Below are positions 40,869 to 53,865 of a stretch of DNA of 64,000 nucleotides, piece by piece. Position 1 is the stretch's first letter, and each line of letters starts with the position of its first letter. This stretch comes from Chlorokybus atmophyticus. Its lineage: Eukaryota; Plantae; Mesostigma and Chlorokybus algae. The translations under genes were made by a program, and so were the position numbers. A model generated the notes under the pieces. That model made no database searches. It had not been told where the DNA came from and saw only the letters and a list, made by a program, of their open reading frames with translations. The stretch is from NCBI GenBank assembly GCA_009103225.1, contig RHPI01003422.1, positions 9,379-73,378 on the forward strand. The letters run 5' to 3'.

Positions 40869-43800
40869 TAAACAAATGACTGTCAACTCACTATTGCCCA
40901 CGCGCTCGAGGAGTCGCCAACAGCGCCCGTTGTGACATTCTGCACGCCATCGGCGGCGTACTTTGAGCTTGACGCGTCCCACAGGATCTGATACCGATGG
41001 TAGCTGATGGCACAGACAATGCATCAGACACACACATAGACACACAGACACACAACTCGCTCTCCTCTCACCTGCCAAATGCGTCGCTGCCAGCGAGTCG
41101 TACATTGTTGGCATTTGCACGCGCATAGAGTACATCTCCTCCTCCTCCAAACGGAGTACCAATCAGACTCCATAGCGCCACATTGAATGGGTCTCCATTG
41201 CCATCCAGCGAAGTTAACCCAACATACTGCCCTTGCGTGGTAGACACACCACTATACGTGGCGCCGAAGTCCACTACGCGTGGCCGCGTGTACACGCCTT
41301 TTGTCGACACGGCCGAGAGCGCGAGGGAGAGCTTCCCACCCTCTATTGCACACTTTGCTCCCGAGCTTTCCCAGATTCTATACTTCAACACAACAGGTCC
41401 ACTTCCTTCCCACCCGAGAGACGTGTCGAGAGTGAAGTCTCCCTCAGTTGTGATGGTGGACTTCATGTTGGGTTGTTGGTTGAATGATAGAGAGAGGTAA
41501 GGTCTCAGCATGAACTCGCCGTCACCCTCGAGAGACACATACCCACATGTTGGGGTGGAGAAGCTACCCGCTGCGATGAAAGCCTCGGGTGTGGTGAGTG
41601 TGAGTGTGTAGGGTGGCCTCACGCTTGTCATGAAGGATACGGGTGGACCCGAGGGTAACGAGGCCGTGTTGGAGTGTGTGTCGGCCACGGTGACTCTAAG
41701 GTAGTATGTTGTAAAGGGTAAAAGAGACGTGAGAGGGAATGTGTGTGTGGTAGAGAAAGTGGTGTCAGTAGCAGCTGGCGTGAGAGCGTCAGAAGATGTC
41801 CCCAACAGTAGTGTGGCATTAGAAGCTTCATCGGTTGAGAAAGTCACCGAAGCACTGTAAGCTTGCACATCGGTCACGGTGATATCTGCATAATGGGAGT
41901 GTGAGACAGAGAGTATGTAACATACACATTCACACGCACACGTACCGTCCGTGATGACAGGTGCTGCGGTGTCGACACCATAAGTGGCCACGTAGCTCCC
42001 GGCCAACGCGGGGAACATGATGTAGTCCACGCCGCTCACCGTCTTACGCGTGCGCCCGCCAACAACTGACCCACCATTCCTGGTCAAACCAATCAAGTCC
42101 CCTGTCGGCACACCTAAGGCACGAGAACAACATGTCAACAAACCCAACATGTCGACACAACATAGCACACAACCACTCACTTGCGGGGAGAAGCGCACGC
42201 AGCAATGTTGGGCTTATCAGGCTCAGGTCCGCCACATCACCAGGTTGTACATCAAACTCCAAGGTACTCACACCCGCATCCCAACGCAAGTTGGCGAATG
42301 TGGACCCGCCGCGCATATCAACCCACATCAACACTTGTCTCGCTGACATCACCGGCGCATTATATCTCTTTGCCGACGCTAATATCGGGTCCACTTCCCC
42401 TCCTTTCCCCGCATCCGAGTGTATATTCGCAACAAACACCCCAACAAACCCGCGCGTGACAGCGTTATCAAGCAACGCATCAACAAACGACGGGTACACT
42501 TGGTTGGATTCATCCGTCATTTGCGTCACGGCTTGGTAGATATCCAGCATGGTCCCGTCGATATCGGCGAAGCGCATAGGGAGAGCTGAACCGGTGAATA
42601 AACCAGGGATGGAGGAGTCCCATGCGGTGGAAGAGTAGAGAGAACGAGGAGGCCAGTAGTAGTAGTTGGTGTCAAGACGGACGCCGTTCTCGAGCTCGAC
42701 CAAAGCCTGGAGTGGGTGGGTGGGTGGGTGGGTGGGTGTGCATGTGCGTGTGCGCGTGCGCGTGTGCGCGCGTGCGCATGTTGTTGTTAACAATACTTGC
42801 TAAGATGCTATCTGTGCGTGTTTCGTGTGTGATGTGGGATGCAAGCCTAAACAACACCTCCTCCTCTCTCTGACTTACTGCTGAGTCCCAGTCGCTCCAC
42901 GCGATGCAGTGCGTGCGTTCGGTCTGCGGGCCCGGCAGCGTCGGGTACTTGGCCGCGAAAGCACCGAACTGGTCTTGGAAGAAGGCTCGCAGACCTGAGA
43001 ATGCAATGCGAGTCAGAGTGTGGTTGAGTTGTGTACTGGGATGGCAAGCAAGCGTGCGTACTGTTGGGTGTCCAGTTGGCGCAGTTGGTGTTGATGTGCA
43101 TGGCCACTTCGAACCCTTGCGCGTGGTACTGCTGCGCCTGCGAGTCTGCCCAGTGTGGTAATGAGTGACGTGCGCATGTGCATGTACATGCGAAACAATG
43201 CGATGGTATGCACGTGTACGCATCCGTGTATGCGTGTGCGCATTGGTGTCCACGTCCGTGTGCGCGCATGTACGGGTGTGTACGGGTTGTGCGCGCGCAC
43301 ACACCACAAAGTGTCCTCACTCGTAAGTGCCGAGTCTGGATACAGGTACGCGGTCGCCCTCGCGCACTCCAGCATCTCCACCCTACACCCGCTATCCCTC
43401 GCCCCCTTGAGCTGCTCAAACCGGCTCGCATCCAACCCCCCTTCCCCCCCGTGGTTGTCGGCCGTCATCACCACCACCGCGTCCGCGCCGCCGGGGAGGT
43501 ACCAAAAACGAGGGAGAGATGGGAGGGGTGAGGTAGGGGAGGAACGGAGAAGGAAGGAGAGGAGGGAGGTTAACAGACGAAGCTGCTCGTCGGCCTGAGA
43601 GAGAGAGAGAGAGAGAGAGATGTATCAGGTTTTGAGTGAGTTGGAGTTGGTTTACAACACACTCAGATGCGTCGTGCGCGCATACGCATGCGCATGCAAA
43701 AACGAGTGCTCGCGCGCGCGGGTGTGTTGCCACAAAACAACAGAACAGCCCTACTTGGGGTACAGCGATGTTGTCCTGGTCCACCCACTGCGTCTGCGCG

Positions 43801-46800
43801 TCTCTGTTGATGAAGAGGTCGTCGGCGCGAATAGGGTCGATGCCGTCGTTCTCGGTGCCGGCGGCCGCGGGGTTGCCTTGACGCGTGTACACGACGCTCT
43901 GGGCCAGGTCGTAGGCCCACACAGCCACGCTGCCCTGGTAGTACACCGCCGGCCTGGAGAGAAAAGGACACACATGTCAAAAGAGAATCACGAGTTACGC
44001 GCATACGCACCTGTGCATTGACACCCGCACGCATGTGCACAAACGCATCAGCAGACTGTCTAATGTGTGTGTGCGTGTGCGCGTGGCATGCACACACGCA
44101 CACATACGTGCGACTCACCCTAAGTTGGCGCCTGCTGCAGTGGCCCTCAACGCCGCCACCTCGGTCGCTCCCGTGGGGTTGCTCAACACCAACCTATCAG
44201 CACTCCCATGAAACTGCATCCCGCGGTCACCAAACACACCAAATCCCGGCTGCGTTGGATCTATACACAACAAGAGTCAGATACACATACGCATGTTATC
44301 AAACATCACACACACCCAACACTTGCCTTGGTTGTGAACGAGCATGTACCCCTCCGACACTTGCATTGCGCGCGGGTTGAGCCCGAGCAGGGAGTTCATG
44401 TTGGGCGTGTCTTGTGGGCGCATTGCCACGAGAGGGTGGCCGTCCGACACCCACTGTGCCAGAATGCCGACCTGAGAGAGAGAGAGAGGGGGAGAGGGGG
44501 AGCATGTTGGGTTGTCGTGCCCGTGTGAACATGAGTGTGGTGTGGGAGGAGATTAGGTAGTCACTTACCTGAGGGGTGGGCACTGCAATGGCGCCGAGGA
44601 GGATTAGCCAGTAGCTGCTGAGTGCAGAGTAGGTAGTAATCTGGACACATAGTATGCATCAATCCCATGCACGGTGCTTGTGCAACGTGTTATGTTTGTA
44701 ATCAGTGCATGCGTGCGCGTGCTCAAGTTTGTGTTTGTGTATTTTTGTGCGTGTGCGGCATGCAGGTATGTCTCACCGTGCTGATATCTTTGACATCGAA
44801 GTAATTCAACCCTTCTGCTCGTAATATCTCCGCATAGTAGTACGAAAACCTGGCAAAGTTGGCCACTTCAGCACACATGCGCATACAGGTCAATTCGCAC
44901 ATGCCATATGCACACTGATGTGTGCAGAGCACAAATGCTCACACGGGCACGCACGCATTGACCCAACATACTTGTTGCTGGCGCTGGCAAGAACGAGCAC
45001 GGGTCCCCCAGGACCCTCATTGGGATTGAACTGGGCAGCAGCCGGGCCCACATCAATCGTCACCAAGCTGGGTGTGTCCTCAACATTGAGTGAGTCATCA
45101 ACCGCCCTCGCCATGATCGTGTACGAGCCCGCGGGGAGTGACACGGGACCAAAGGCCCACTTTGTCAAGGTATTGTCTGAAGGTATGGTTGGACGCCAAC
45201 TATTGCCGTTGTCTAAGGACACTTCGACCATGCCGACAACGCCCGCGCCCGCATCATTTCCAGTGATGGTGATAGTGAAAGGAGTGTTGGCATGCAGTGG
45301 GTCCGTGCTCGCGGGGGCTGTAATGGTAGATGTTGGCAATGTTGTGTCGGTGGTAGCGAGGGCCCGTACAAGACCTGAGGGTAGGGTTGCAGGCTGCACG
45401 GACATGTCGGCGAGGAGGTTGATTGTAAACTGTTGGATGGAAGGGTCTGTATCTGAAGACCCTCTGTCATGATTGGAGTCCAAGCCCCAGCTCCATTGCA
45501 CGGTCCCGGCCCCGAACACGATGGCGGGTCCCTTCTTGTACACAACAAGGCGATGCGTGGCGGATCCACCCTCAGCATACGTGGACCCGAAGTCCGTTAA
45601 GACCTGCACTCCCGTCACGCTCGTGCCCGACAGCCTAACAGACCCTGAGGGCCTGGTGGCGTCGTCAGGGTCTGAGTCCCACTCGTAACCAATCAGATCA
45701 TCTGTGACAATGGTGATGTCGCCGGTGTCTCCCGCAGCTACTGCACCCACGGGGGTGTCACGCCAGAAGCGCAAGCGGCGGAGGGACTCGGGAACCGTCA
45801 TGCGCGTGGACCCGCTGTTGACTCTGAAGAATTGACCAGTTAAGGTGCTCTCGGGTCGGCCACCGCCACGCGCCAACGCGTCAGCACGAGGGTCACGCCA
45901 CGTACCCGTCCAGGGACCAGTCCTGCCCTCAATGGGCAGACTCGGGTCCTCGGGTTCAGGACCTGACCATTAATCATTGTGAGAGTGTGGGTGAATTGTG
46001 TGACAACAGCATGACGACTATTACTTACTCTCCAGAGTGCCGCTGATGGCGTGTGTCTCTTTGAAGCAAATGAGGGTCTGGTGGTCAGGGGACCAGTACG
46101 TCTTCCAAAAGACCTCGTTACCACTGCATCAGAGACCCAAGGAACGTGAGTAACAGGTTGAACAACAACAACAACAACAACAACAACTACACGACGATGC
46201 GTGTTGACTTCACAGCAATAGAGACCGCAAGTGAGTCGCGTATGCACATGCATGCACGAGAGAAAAGTGCACACACACGCACTCGCACAAGCACGCACGC
46301 ACCAAAACACGACACAACACACCACTCTCCTCCTCACCTAAAGAACGCGATATGCACTCCTTCATCCCTCGCCGCCTCCACATTCGCTCTCTGGTCCCCC
46401 GACCAATACTCGTCATGTCCCACAGAGAAGTACGCCTTATGCTGCTTCATCACCGATACTGCAATAGAGCGGTCCGCGTCGCCACCGGACCAGTAGCTGA
46501 CGCTGTAACCGGCACCCTCCAGGAAACGAACCATCGGGTACTCGGAGTTGAAGACGAAGTCCTCGTTAGAAGTGTAGCGGGTCGTGAACGGACGCGCGTA
46601 AGAGACCTGTGGGCATAGTGAAATGTTGTTATTGGTCTAATACCACGGTTGTGTTAGATATAGTATTCTGTGCGACATGGTTAGATCGTACTCGTATATA
46701 TTGATTGCGCACCCCCACACATGCTCACGCATGCTAGCGCATGCACATGTGCATGCGCATGCAATGTGCACATGATGCAGTGCCCTCACCTTGTATGCGC

Positions 46801-48360
46801 GAGGCGAGGTGTATAGGCTGTACCCGCCGTAACTGTTGTACGCCTGCCAGGTGCTGTCCCAACACAACAGCACCACGCATCAAACCCCACTCCCACACCC
46901 CACCCCACCCCACCCACCCCCACCCACATCTCCACTTACGTGTCAGAGGTCTGGAACAGTATGTCGGCCGTGCTCGCGTCATCCCGCACGACAAAGAAGG
47001 CGTGGCTGGCTGCGTTGGCTCCCGTTTTCAGAAGAGCGAAGTAGATGCCTGAGAGTTGAGTGGAAGGGACCGACCACGTGGCGGCAACGGACCAAGAGGA
47101 GCAGTCCACAGAGAGGTACACAGGGTCCACGAGGCAGGCGGCCTAAGACAATGACAAGTGGGTGGGTGGATGGCTGGGTGGATGGGTGCGTGCATGCGTG
47201 TGTGAACATGAACGTGTGCGTGCGTTCCAGTGTGTTCACGTTTGCATACACGTGTGCGTGCGCGTGTGTCTCGCTATGTGCATGCGTGCATGCGCACGTA
47301 TGCATTTCCATGCTTGCAAGGAGAGGTTGCACTCGTGTGTGAGCGTGTGTGCGTGTTACTTGTCACTCCGTCAGATATGTCACCTGCGGGTTGACCACGC
47401 GGGAGCCCAACGACGCGACGCGGCGTGCCCCATTGCCGCCGTAATACCCCATTCGATACACGTCGATCGCAACAGGCGTGTTGGGAGCCGACGTGCTGAC
47501 CTGGAACCACATACACAAGCAAGTTGATGAGTAAACTGTATCTGATACAGCTTGTGAGATTTCTGCATTGACAAGGTGGGTTGCTCACCCGAAACTCGAC
47601 GAGTGAGCCGGGCGCCACGCTGAACGGCGTTGCAAAGGCTTCGGGTGTGGTGCCGCTGCTCTCCCACTCAGACGAACTGGCCACACATGGGAAAGAGGTG
47701 ATAAGCGAGGTAAGTGCGTGCACATATGTGGGTCCGCATACGTCTTAGTGTTGGTGCGCGCAAGTGCGAGTGCACCTGCGTGTGCATGCGTGTGTGCGTG
47801 TGTGCATGTGTGGGTGGGTGATTGAATAGGTGGGTGGGTGGGCGTGCATACGTGTCTGCGTGTGCGTGTGTGCGTGGCACATGCAGTAATGTGAGTTCAC
47901 TCACGGTTGGCCCTGCAGGCAGTTCTCGCGCACGATGTCATTGGCGTCAGGGGGAAGCGGAGAGCAGTAAGCTGCCGCAGCGACAGAGTGTGAGCCACCA
48001 GAGAAACAAACTGAACAGGATGATGAGTCTCGCAAGCATGGACTGGATACTAGCGCTGACTCAGTCTAGTACAACCCCCCGCTGTACGCACAGGGTTATA
48101 CAGGTATGTCGACTTGTGCTGTTGAAGTGTTCCACGTCCCACATATGACACATGAGCTCATGTGAACCCGCACCTGGAATTGGCGCTGCGACTGCTTCAG
48201 CCTTAGGAAGGGCGAGGCAAGCAGCGGTCAGCAACACCGCCAGTGCCAGCATGCGTAGCAATCTCCAAAAAGGGGAGGAGGAGGAAGAGGAGGAGGAGGA
48301 GGACATGTTGCAAGGCCTCGCCGCCGCCGCCGCCGCCGCCGCCATCATCCCATGGCGCAT
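36145..48360 (-). CDS. Very large secreted multidomain protein: DMFase large-subunit-like domain + Ig-like + deacetylase-like + FN3/Ig-like + SbsA-type Ig + SP-rich linkers + two ConA-like domains
   Basis: About 30 exons splice in phase. Signal peptide MLALAVLLTAACLALPKAEA; DIVRENCLQGQPSSEW; IDVYRMGYYGGNGARRV; FVVRDD..DILFQTSDTTWQAYNSYGGYSLY; VGHDEYWSGDQR; IGYEWD; VFGAGTVQWSWGLD; YYAEILRAEGLNYF; VVVMTADNH; RTHCIAWSDW; RLDTNYYYWP; ALFSEPVNP..WSFVT; ADQFYFM; TGA at 36145. Confidence 0.85.
38620..38800 (-). repeat. Extensin/HRGP-like (SPP)n coding tract with an internal 39-bp duplication
   Basis: Translates as SSPPPPSPPSPPPPSPPSPTPPPSPPPPSPPSPTPPPSPPPPSPPSP...; GGT/GGA-rich on the + strand. Confidence 0.85.
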
Positions 48361-49194
48361 CGTGACTGCAACTCAGCAGTGCTTGCGTCAGAACCTGCGC
48401 ATATTGGTAAATTGTACATAATATGGTAGCGAGAATGTCAGAATGTTGACATGGTCAGCAGAGTCATCACCACCCTGTCAGCAGCGACATTGCAACCGGT
48501 TCTTTTGCTTTGTTCACCATGTTGTTGGTTCCTCGTGACAGGTCAAGTTCTGGTCAGTCATGCATGACCACCACACAAACCAAGCCTCTCACCTGAGCGT
48601 CAGCGCCGCTGCAGCATCCGCCTCGTCCTCATGCTTCTCTCTCTTACACCAAGCCCGCACTGAACTAACACACAAGCCAGCCCGCCGCAGGCACGGACAA
48701 CGCCGCTGATGCCCCCGCCGACATGCACGGCACGGAACAACGCGCCCCCCGCTGACCTTGGCATAAGACCGATAAAGCACCGGCTAAACAAGCAGCAGCG
48801 GACCGAATTTGTGAGCTAAACAAGGGCAGGCTGTCTGGTCGTGGCCGGACAGTCAGAGGGCCATGACATGCGAGTTGTTGTCGTCTTCTTGAGAGCCAAG
48901 TCGCGTGTCGGCACGTCGCGTGGCCTGATGCATGCAAGTGCCGTATGCCGCGGCTTGAAACCATATGTACCGGTCATATGTATTCTAACCGGTAATAGTC
49001 AGCAAAGTTGGCCTCATCAGCGGGAATATTGTATGGGAGGCAAGGAAACAGACAAATTGTTTGGTAGGCTTGTCCGGTGTTACAACCCACAAGAAGCGTC
49101 GTGCTTTTGCGAGGTACAGTACTGCAGTGGCCGGCGTGCGCTCGATCCAACGGCTTCCGCAAGCTGAGTCGGGCTCCGGTAGCTTCACGCACCG

Positions 49195-49383
49195 TTGAGA
49201 TACAGCGATTGGCATAATGGCCATGCGGAGCAGACGACGCACGGCGACGCGACACTGCACCTGGCGGCGGGCCGCGGTCGTGTCGTCTTTTGCGATGACG
49301 TCTTGCAACAAGGGGAAGCACCCCAGGCTACAACATCGGCATGCATGAGTCATGTATGCATTCGACGTTCCCACTATCTATGA
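49195..49383 (+). pseudogene. Possible ankyrin-repeat gene relic
   Basis: GDATLHLAAGRGRVVFCDDVLQQGEAP resembles one ankyrin repeat; neighbouring frames contain stops. Confidence 0.3.
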
Positions 49384-50039
49384 TAAAATGGTGGACACAT
49401 CGCAAAGGGGTCAAACACGTGAACAAGGGGTGCGGCTGATTGGGCGATTGGGTGGCCGGCCTGCCGCGCATCCCACTCAGGGCCATCGCATACGCGACTG
49501 CCGGGCTGCCGCAGTGGGAACAATGACGACTTGATAGAAAAATGCGCGGGACTAACTCGCTGCGTAATGAAGGTACCCATGCCGCCCTCACAGATCTGAT
49601 GCCTTATGTAGCTCCACGTAGTCTATTGCTAAACATGGCGGCCGATGATTATAGTGTTCAAACGTTAAAATTCACGTTTAAACACTATGATCAGATGAGA
49701 GTAGCCTTAACCGTCATTGGGGCTAAAAGTTGTTGCATTATTAAGGTACCTTCCCACAGATCCGATAGTTTTATGGTGGCTCCACGACCTATCATGTTGC
49801 ATCGCAGCCGCAGAGTGTGATCAGAAATACAAAACAACCTGCATGTATAGAATGCGCGGGAGTATGAGAATTACGAGAGAGTTTCTGCTTAGTGAAGGTT
49901 GTTTCCCATGCCGCCCCAATAGATCGGACGTTTACATGTGGCCACGCGGCCTGCATAAGTGCATGTAGGTTGTTGAGTGTGATTACGGCATTAATTAACC
50001 TTAAAAAATGATAGGATTGCGTAAAACAAAGAGTTGTTA

Positions 50040-50450
50040 CATATATATACACACACACACACATATATATATATATATGTGTGTGTGTGTGTATGTGTGT
50101 GTGTATACATATATTTATACATATATATGTCTATACATATGCAGATATATATATGCAGATATATATATCTATATATATACACATATATATGTATATATAT
50201 ACATGCATGTGTGTGTGTTTATACATGGGAGTACATATACACAAGTATATATATATATACTTGTGTATATGTATATATATATATGTAATGTCACGTATAC
50301 ACGCATATATCTTCGCAATGCATTACATGTATGTGTGTACATATATATACACATATATATGCATGCACATCCTAATGTATGTGTGTACATACGTATGTGT
50401 ATAACATTTTCACACATATATACACATATATGCATGTATACGTTTGTATA
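50040..50450. repeat. Compound (AT)n/(AC)n/(GT)n low-complexity microsatellite
   Basis: About 400 nt of near-continuous purine-pyrimidine alternation. Confidence 0.95.
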
Positions 50451-52760
50451 GTTTTAGTTTGCACGACATGCACGAGTTGTACTATTATATTGTTAAATCA
50501 ATGCAATGTACAATATATTTACCTTAACGTCGCAAAACTTAAGGTCATCAACTCTGTTAAGTAAATTCATATCATATATATGATTCGTGCATGTCTAATG
50601 AATTGAAGCACAGCTAAAAATAAACGCAACTAAATCAAATAATAATAATTCGCACAAAATGCACGGTGCACATATGGGAGCATATTATTTCATTCAAACT
50701 CGCAACCCGATGATAGTTGATGTTCACAATAAGCTTATTCAGCTTGAGACGTTTGCTTGCTCGAGCAAATCAAATTTTGGTAGTGAGGCTCAGCCGTGGA
50801 TGAGAGTCCTCGTCAAGGCTGTGCATACTAGCATAGCCTTACGAAACGGTGCGAAATGCACATCTGACGACCGAGAGTGCGCACAAGACTACGTGAGCAA
50901 TAGCTGCCACGTGTTGGACGTCGCTGCCCATACTATCGTTGTCAGTTACACCACGATCATTTGCTGAAGCTGGTGGCGACGGCGGCGGTGGCAGCGCGGG
51001 TGGGTGGGTTGGGTGCGCACTTCAGCAAGCACGACGTTGATGGCGCCTACAGGGCCAACAAGAGCAAAATCAACTGCTGCGGCTTCAGCCATAGCAGTTT
51101 TTCACTTGCCACACTTGGCAAGGCTGCCAGCTGCCCGGCTTCAAGGCACCGCCCATCATGCCGGCATCGCTGGCTACGGCGGCGGCATGTCCGAGGGGCA
51201 AGATGACGCGACCGCGCACAGGTGCATACAAGCATACTGTTTCTTGTGCGTCCTCTGACGCAGCAAGGGCGTGCTTACAAAAAGACACTCGCTAGCCTAT
51301 AGGCTAGCGAGTATTTATGCGTGAACATGTGGTCATGTAATTAAATTTTATATAACACGATTAAGTTGATTAAATATGATAACATGCTAATTAACGTTTA
51401 CACCACGTTACATGCAAAGGTTACATTATGATAACACTATAACTATCATTAGCAAAACAATGCTGACCAAAAACACCGTAACGTTAAGATTCAACTAAAA
51501 AGGAAGGAACAAGAGCCGTTAGGCCATCATTCGGTTTGATAAACTATACAGTAGATGGTGTTGAAACGTTCACAAACGCCGCTACCATAAAAGGGAGCGA
51601 AAATGCCAATCATTGTCAAGATGCTCAGAAATTTTCTCAGAGGCATCTCGGCAGCAACGACTCGTCGGACATCCCAATGGTGAGTCGTAACTCCAGGTTG
51701 CGGCGCCAACTTGGAAACATTTAGCGGTTAAACCGCGCGCGTTTTTGCGGTACGAGGTCGGGGCGAGCCGCATGCCCCAAACACATGCCGCCATCAGTAA
51801 CCAGCACTTTAACAAATTCACTTATTGCTATTTGATTGTGTCTGTCTCTGATATGCCGTCAAACATGGTCTTCAGCCAAACAAAACTTAAGCCCCTGCTC
51901 TTCAACCACTTTATGACGTACAAGCCAAAATGGAACTTTCTCCAAAAGCAAAGCATTTTGTTTTGCAGCTGTGCCACGATAAGGGGTGGGTCTGAATACT
52001 TGTATACATCATGAATAATAGCGATATGTATGATAATAAACATTCATTCATTCAACAATGTTTGAGTATAATGAACGAACGAAAACCATTTTGCATCATA
52101 TTTGCAGCAATAAACACATAATAAACTACGTTGTTGGTTGCGGACCATTTCTCGGGCTGATTCAAGTTCGAGATAAGATTATGATAAGTCATTGTTACTT
52201 AACTCGGACCTTACACTTGCACGCAAACGTAACACCTGAATATGCAAGTGGTAACATTGGTGCAAGTGCATGAGCGTATCTGTGTGTCCTTACGCTATAC
52301 CGGTGTATGGTAGTCATATCACACCGAATGTGTACTTCTTACATGTGTGTACTTTGTGCCAACACACATACACACGCATGTGGTTGTCGGGTGCGTGGCT
52401 GTGGAGCTCCCAGACCTCTTCAATTTGTTCTTCAATCTCTTCCCGCTGTTCTTAAAAGAGGTGTGTGGCCCATACACCTCACATATGAGTACAGTGCGGG
52501 GCACCGCACTCAGCACTTGTTTAGATATGTGCACGTCATAAGGTGGTGTTGATCTGACTGCACCCTGAGCAAGGATCTGTGCCCCGCCCTCGCGCAAGCC
52601 GCACAACTCGGATACGCCGACAACACAGCCAATAACGCACTGTTACAGGCGTTGCCATGATGTTGGGTGCGTATTTGTACAATCATGTGCATGTGTGTAT
52701 GCATGCACGTGAGCACGCGCGCCCCTCCTCAATAGAGCTCCTCATCGACAAGCTTTATAG

Positions 52761-53740
52761 GTACGCATGTCAACCGACACATATTGCTTGCTTTGAGAAT
52801 GATAAGAGCAACAGACTCGCACTCACGCTCTCACCACATGTAGCAGCGATCGACATCACGTCGCGCACCCTCCAACACTCCATCCGTCTCAGCATTACAG
52901 ACCCGACACTGTCCATCAAAGCCACACACAACACGGCACCAATCTCCCTTGCCCCACCACCGTGGTGACCACCATTACCCTCACCACTACCTCCTTCTCC
53001 ACCACCCACTCCTGCCCCGCCTGCGCCAACAACAACAGCAACAACGACCATCCGTAGTTGGCATGTGCCCGCGCCCGTTGTGGCCGGCACGTCCATCACC
53101 GACGCATCCACGGGTGTTATTGTTGTGTCGGCCGCCGCGGGTTCACTAATGAGAGTGTCCGCAAGCTCATCTGTGTCATATGCGGGTGTTGTGTACTCCT
53201 TTGCCGGGTGGTGTGATGTGGGGTTGCGGACTCACAATGTGGTTATGCGTGCGGGGAGTACGAACACGCTGTATGCGAGTTATAGTGTGGGTGGGAGTGT
53301 GTCGGCGGGTGGTTATGTGGCGGGAGATGTTGGGGTCGCGACGCATAAGAACTATCTGCTCAGGGGGGTGGCGTTCGGGGTGACGGAGTGTGCAATGACG
53401 GCAGTAAGCGTGTGCTTGTGCGTGTGCGTATACGTGCAGGTGCGCACCCGTGCGCGCACCCACGTGTCTTTGCACGGGTGTACGTGCGCATGCGCATGCG
53501 CGTGCGCACGTATGACCACACGTGTGGCGTGTCGTTGTGATGCAGGAGATCATGATGGTGGGGCCGCGTACATAGCGTATAACAGCCTCGCTTTGCCGCC
53601 ATTTGGGGGTGTTGTGTATGTGGGAATTTCGATTAGCGCGGGGGCAACGAAGACTGTTGCACTCGGGGTGTTTGATGGACTTGTGGTAGCGTTAAAGAGG
53701 GAGGATGTTGGGCTGTATACTACTTTTGCTTTATAATCTA
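52761..53740 (+). pseudogene. Decayed inverted partial paralog of the C-terminal part of the 36145-48360 gene
   Basis: 52761-53545 matches reverse complement of ~38990-38077 (IDITSRTLQ.., PAPVVAGTS.DASTGV.VVSA.AGSL.RVSA); 53555-53700 matches ~36290-36145 (DGGA.Y..YN..ALPPFGGVVY.G..SAGA..TVALGVFDGLVV). TGA plus frameshift near 52965. Confidence 0.9.
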
Positions 53741-53865
53741 TGTGTGAATAGGTCACATGTGTATATAAGCAACTGAGTAGCAGTGATGGTAAACATCATA
53801 ATAAGGTTTTACCGTTATAAATGTGGTACAAAGCGTGTTGCGTGCATTTATTGTCTTGTCCGTAT

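Noticed and set aside
36145-48360. Bacterial contamination as the source of the giant gene
   Set aside because: About 30 GT-AG introns, host-style microsatellites, SP-rich linkers and a local pseudogene copy show it is integrated.
50008-50451. Y/I/H/C-rich ORFs
   Set aside because: Translation artefacts of the AT/AC microsatellite.
53404-53545. Apparent intron gain or sliding in the paralog (donor 20 nt earlier than in the source gene)
   Set aside because: Intron length (142 vs 141 nt) and content fit the same intron; a short exon deletion before the donor explains it more simply.
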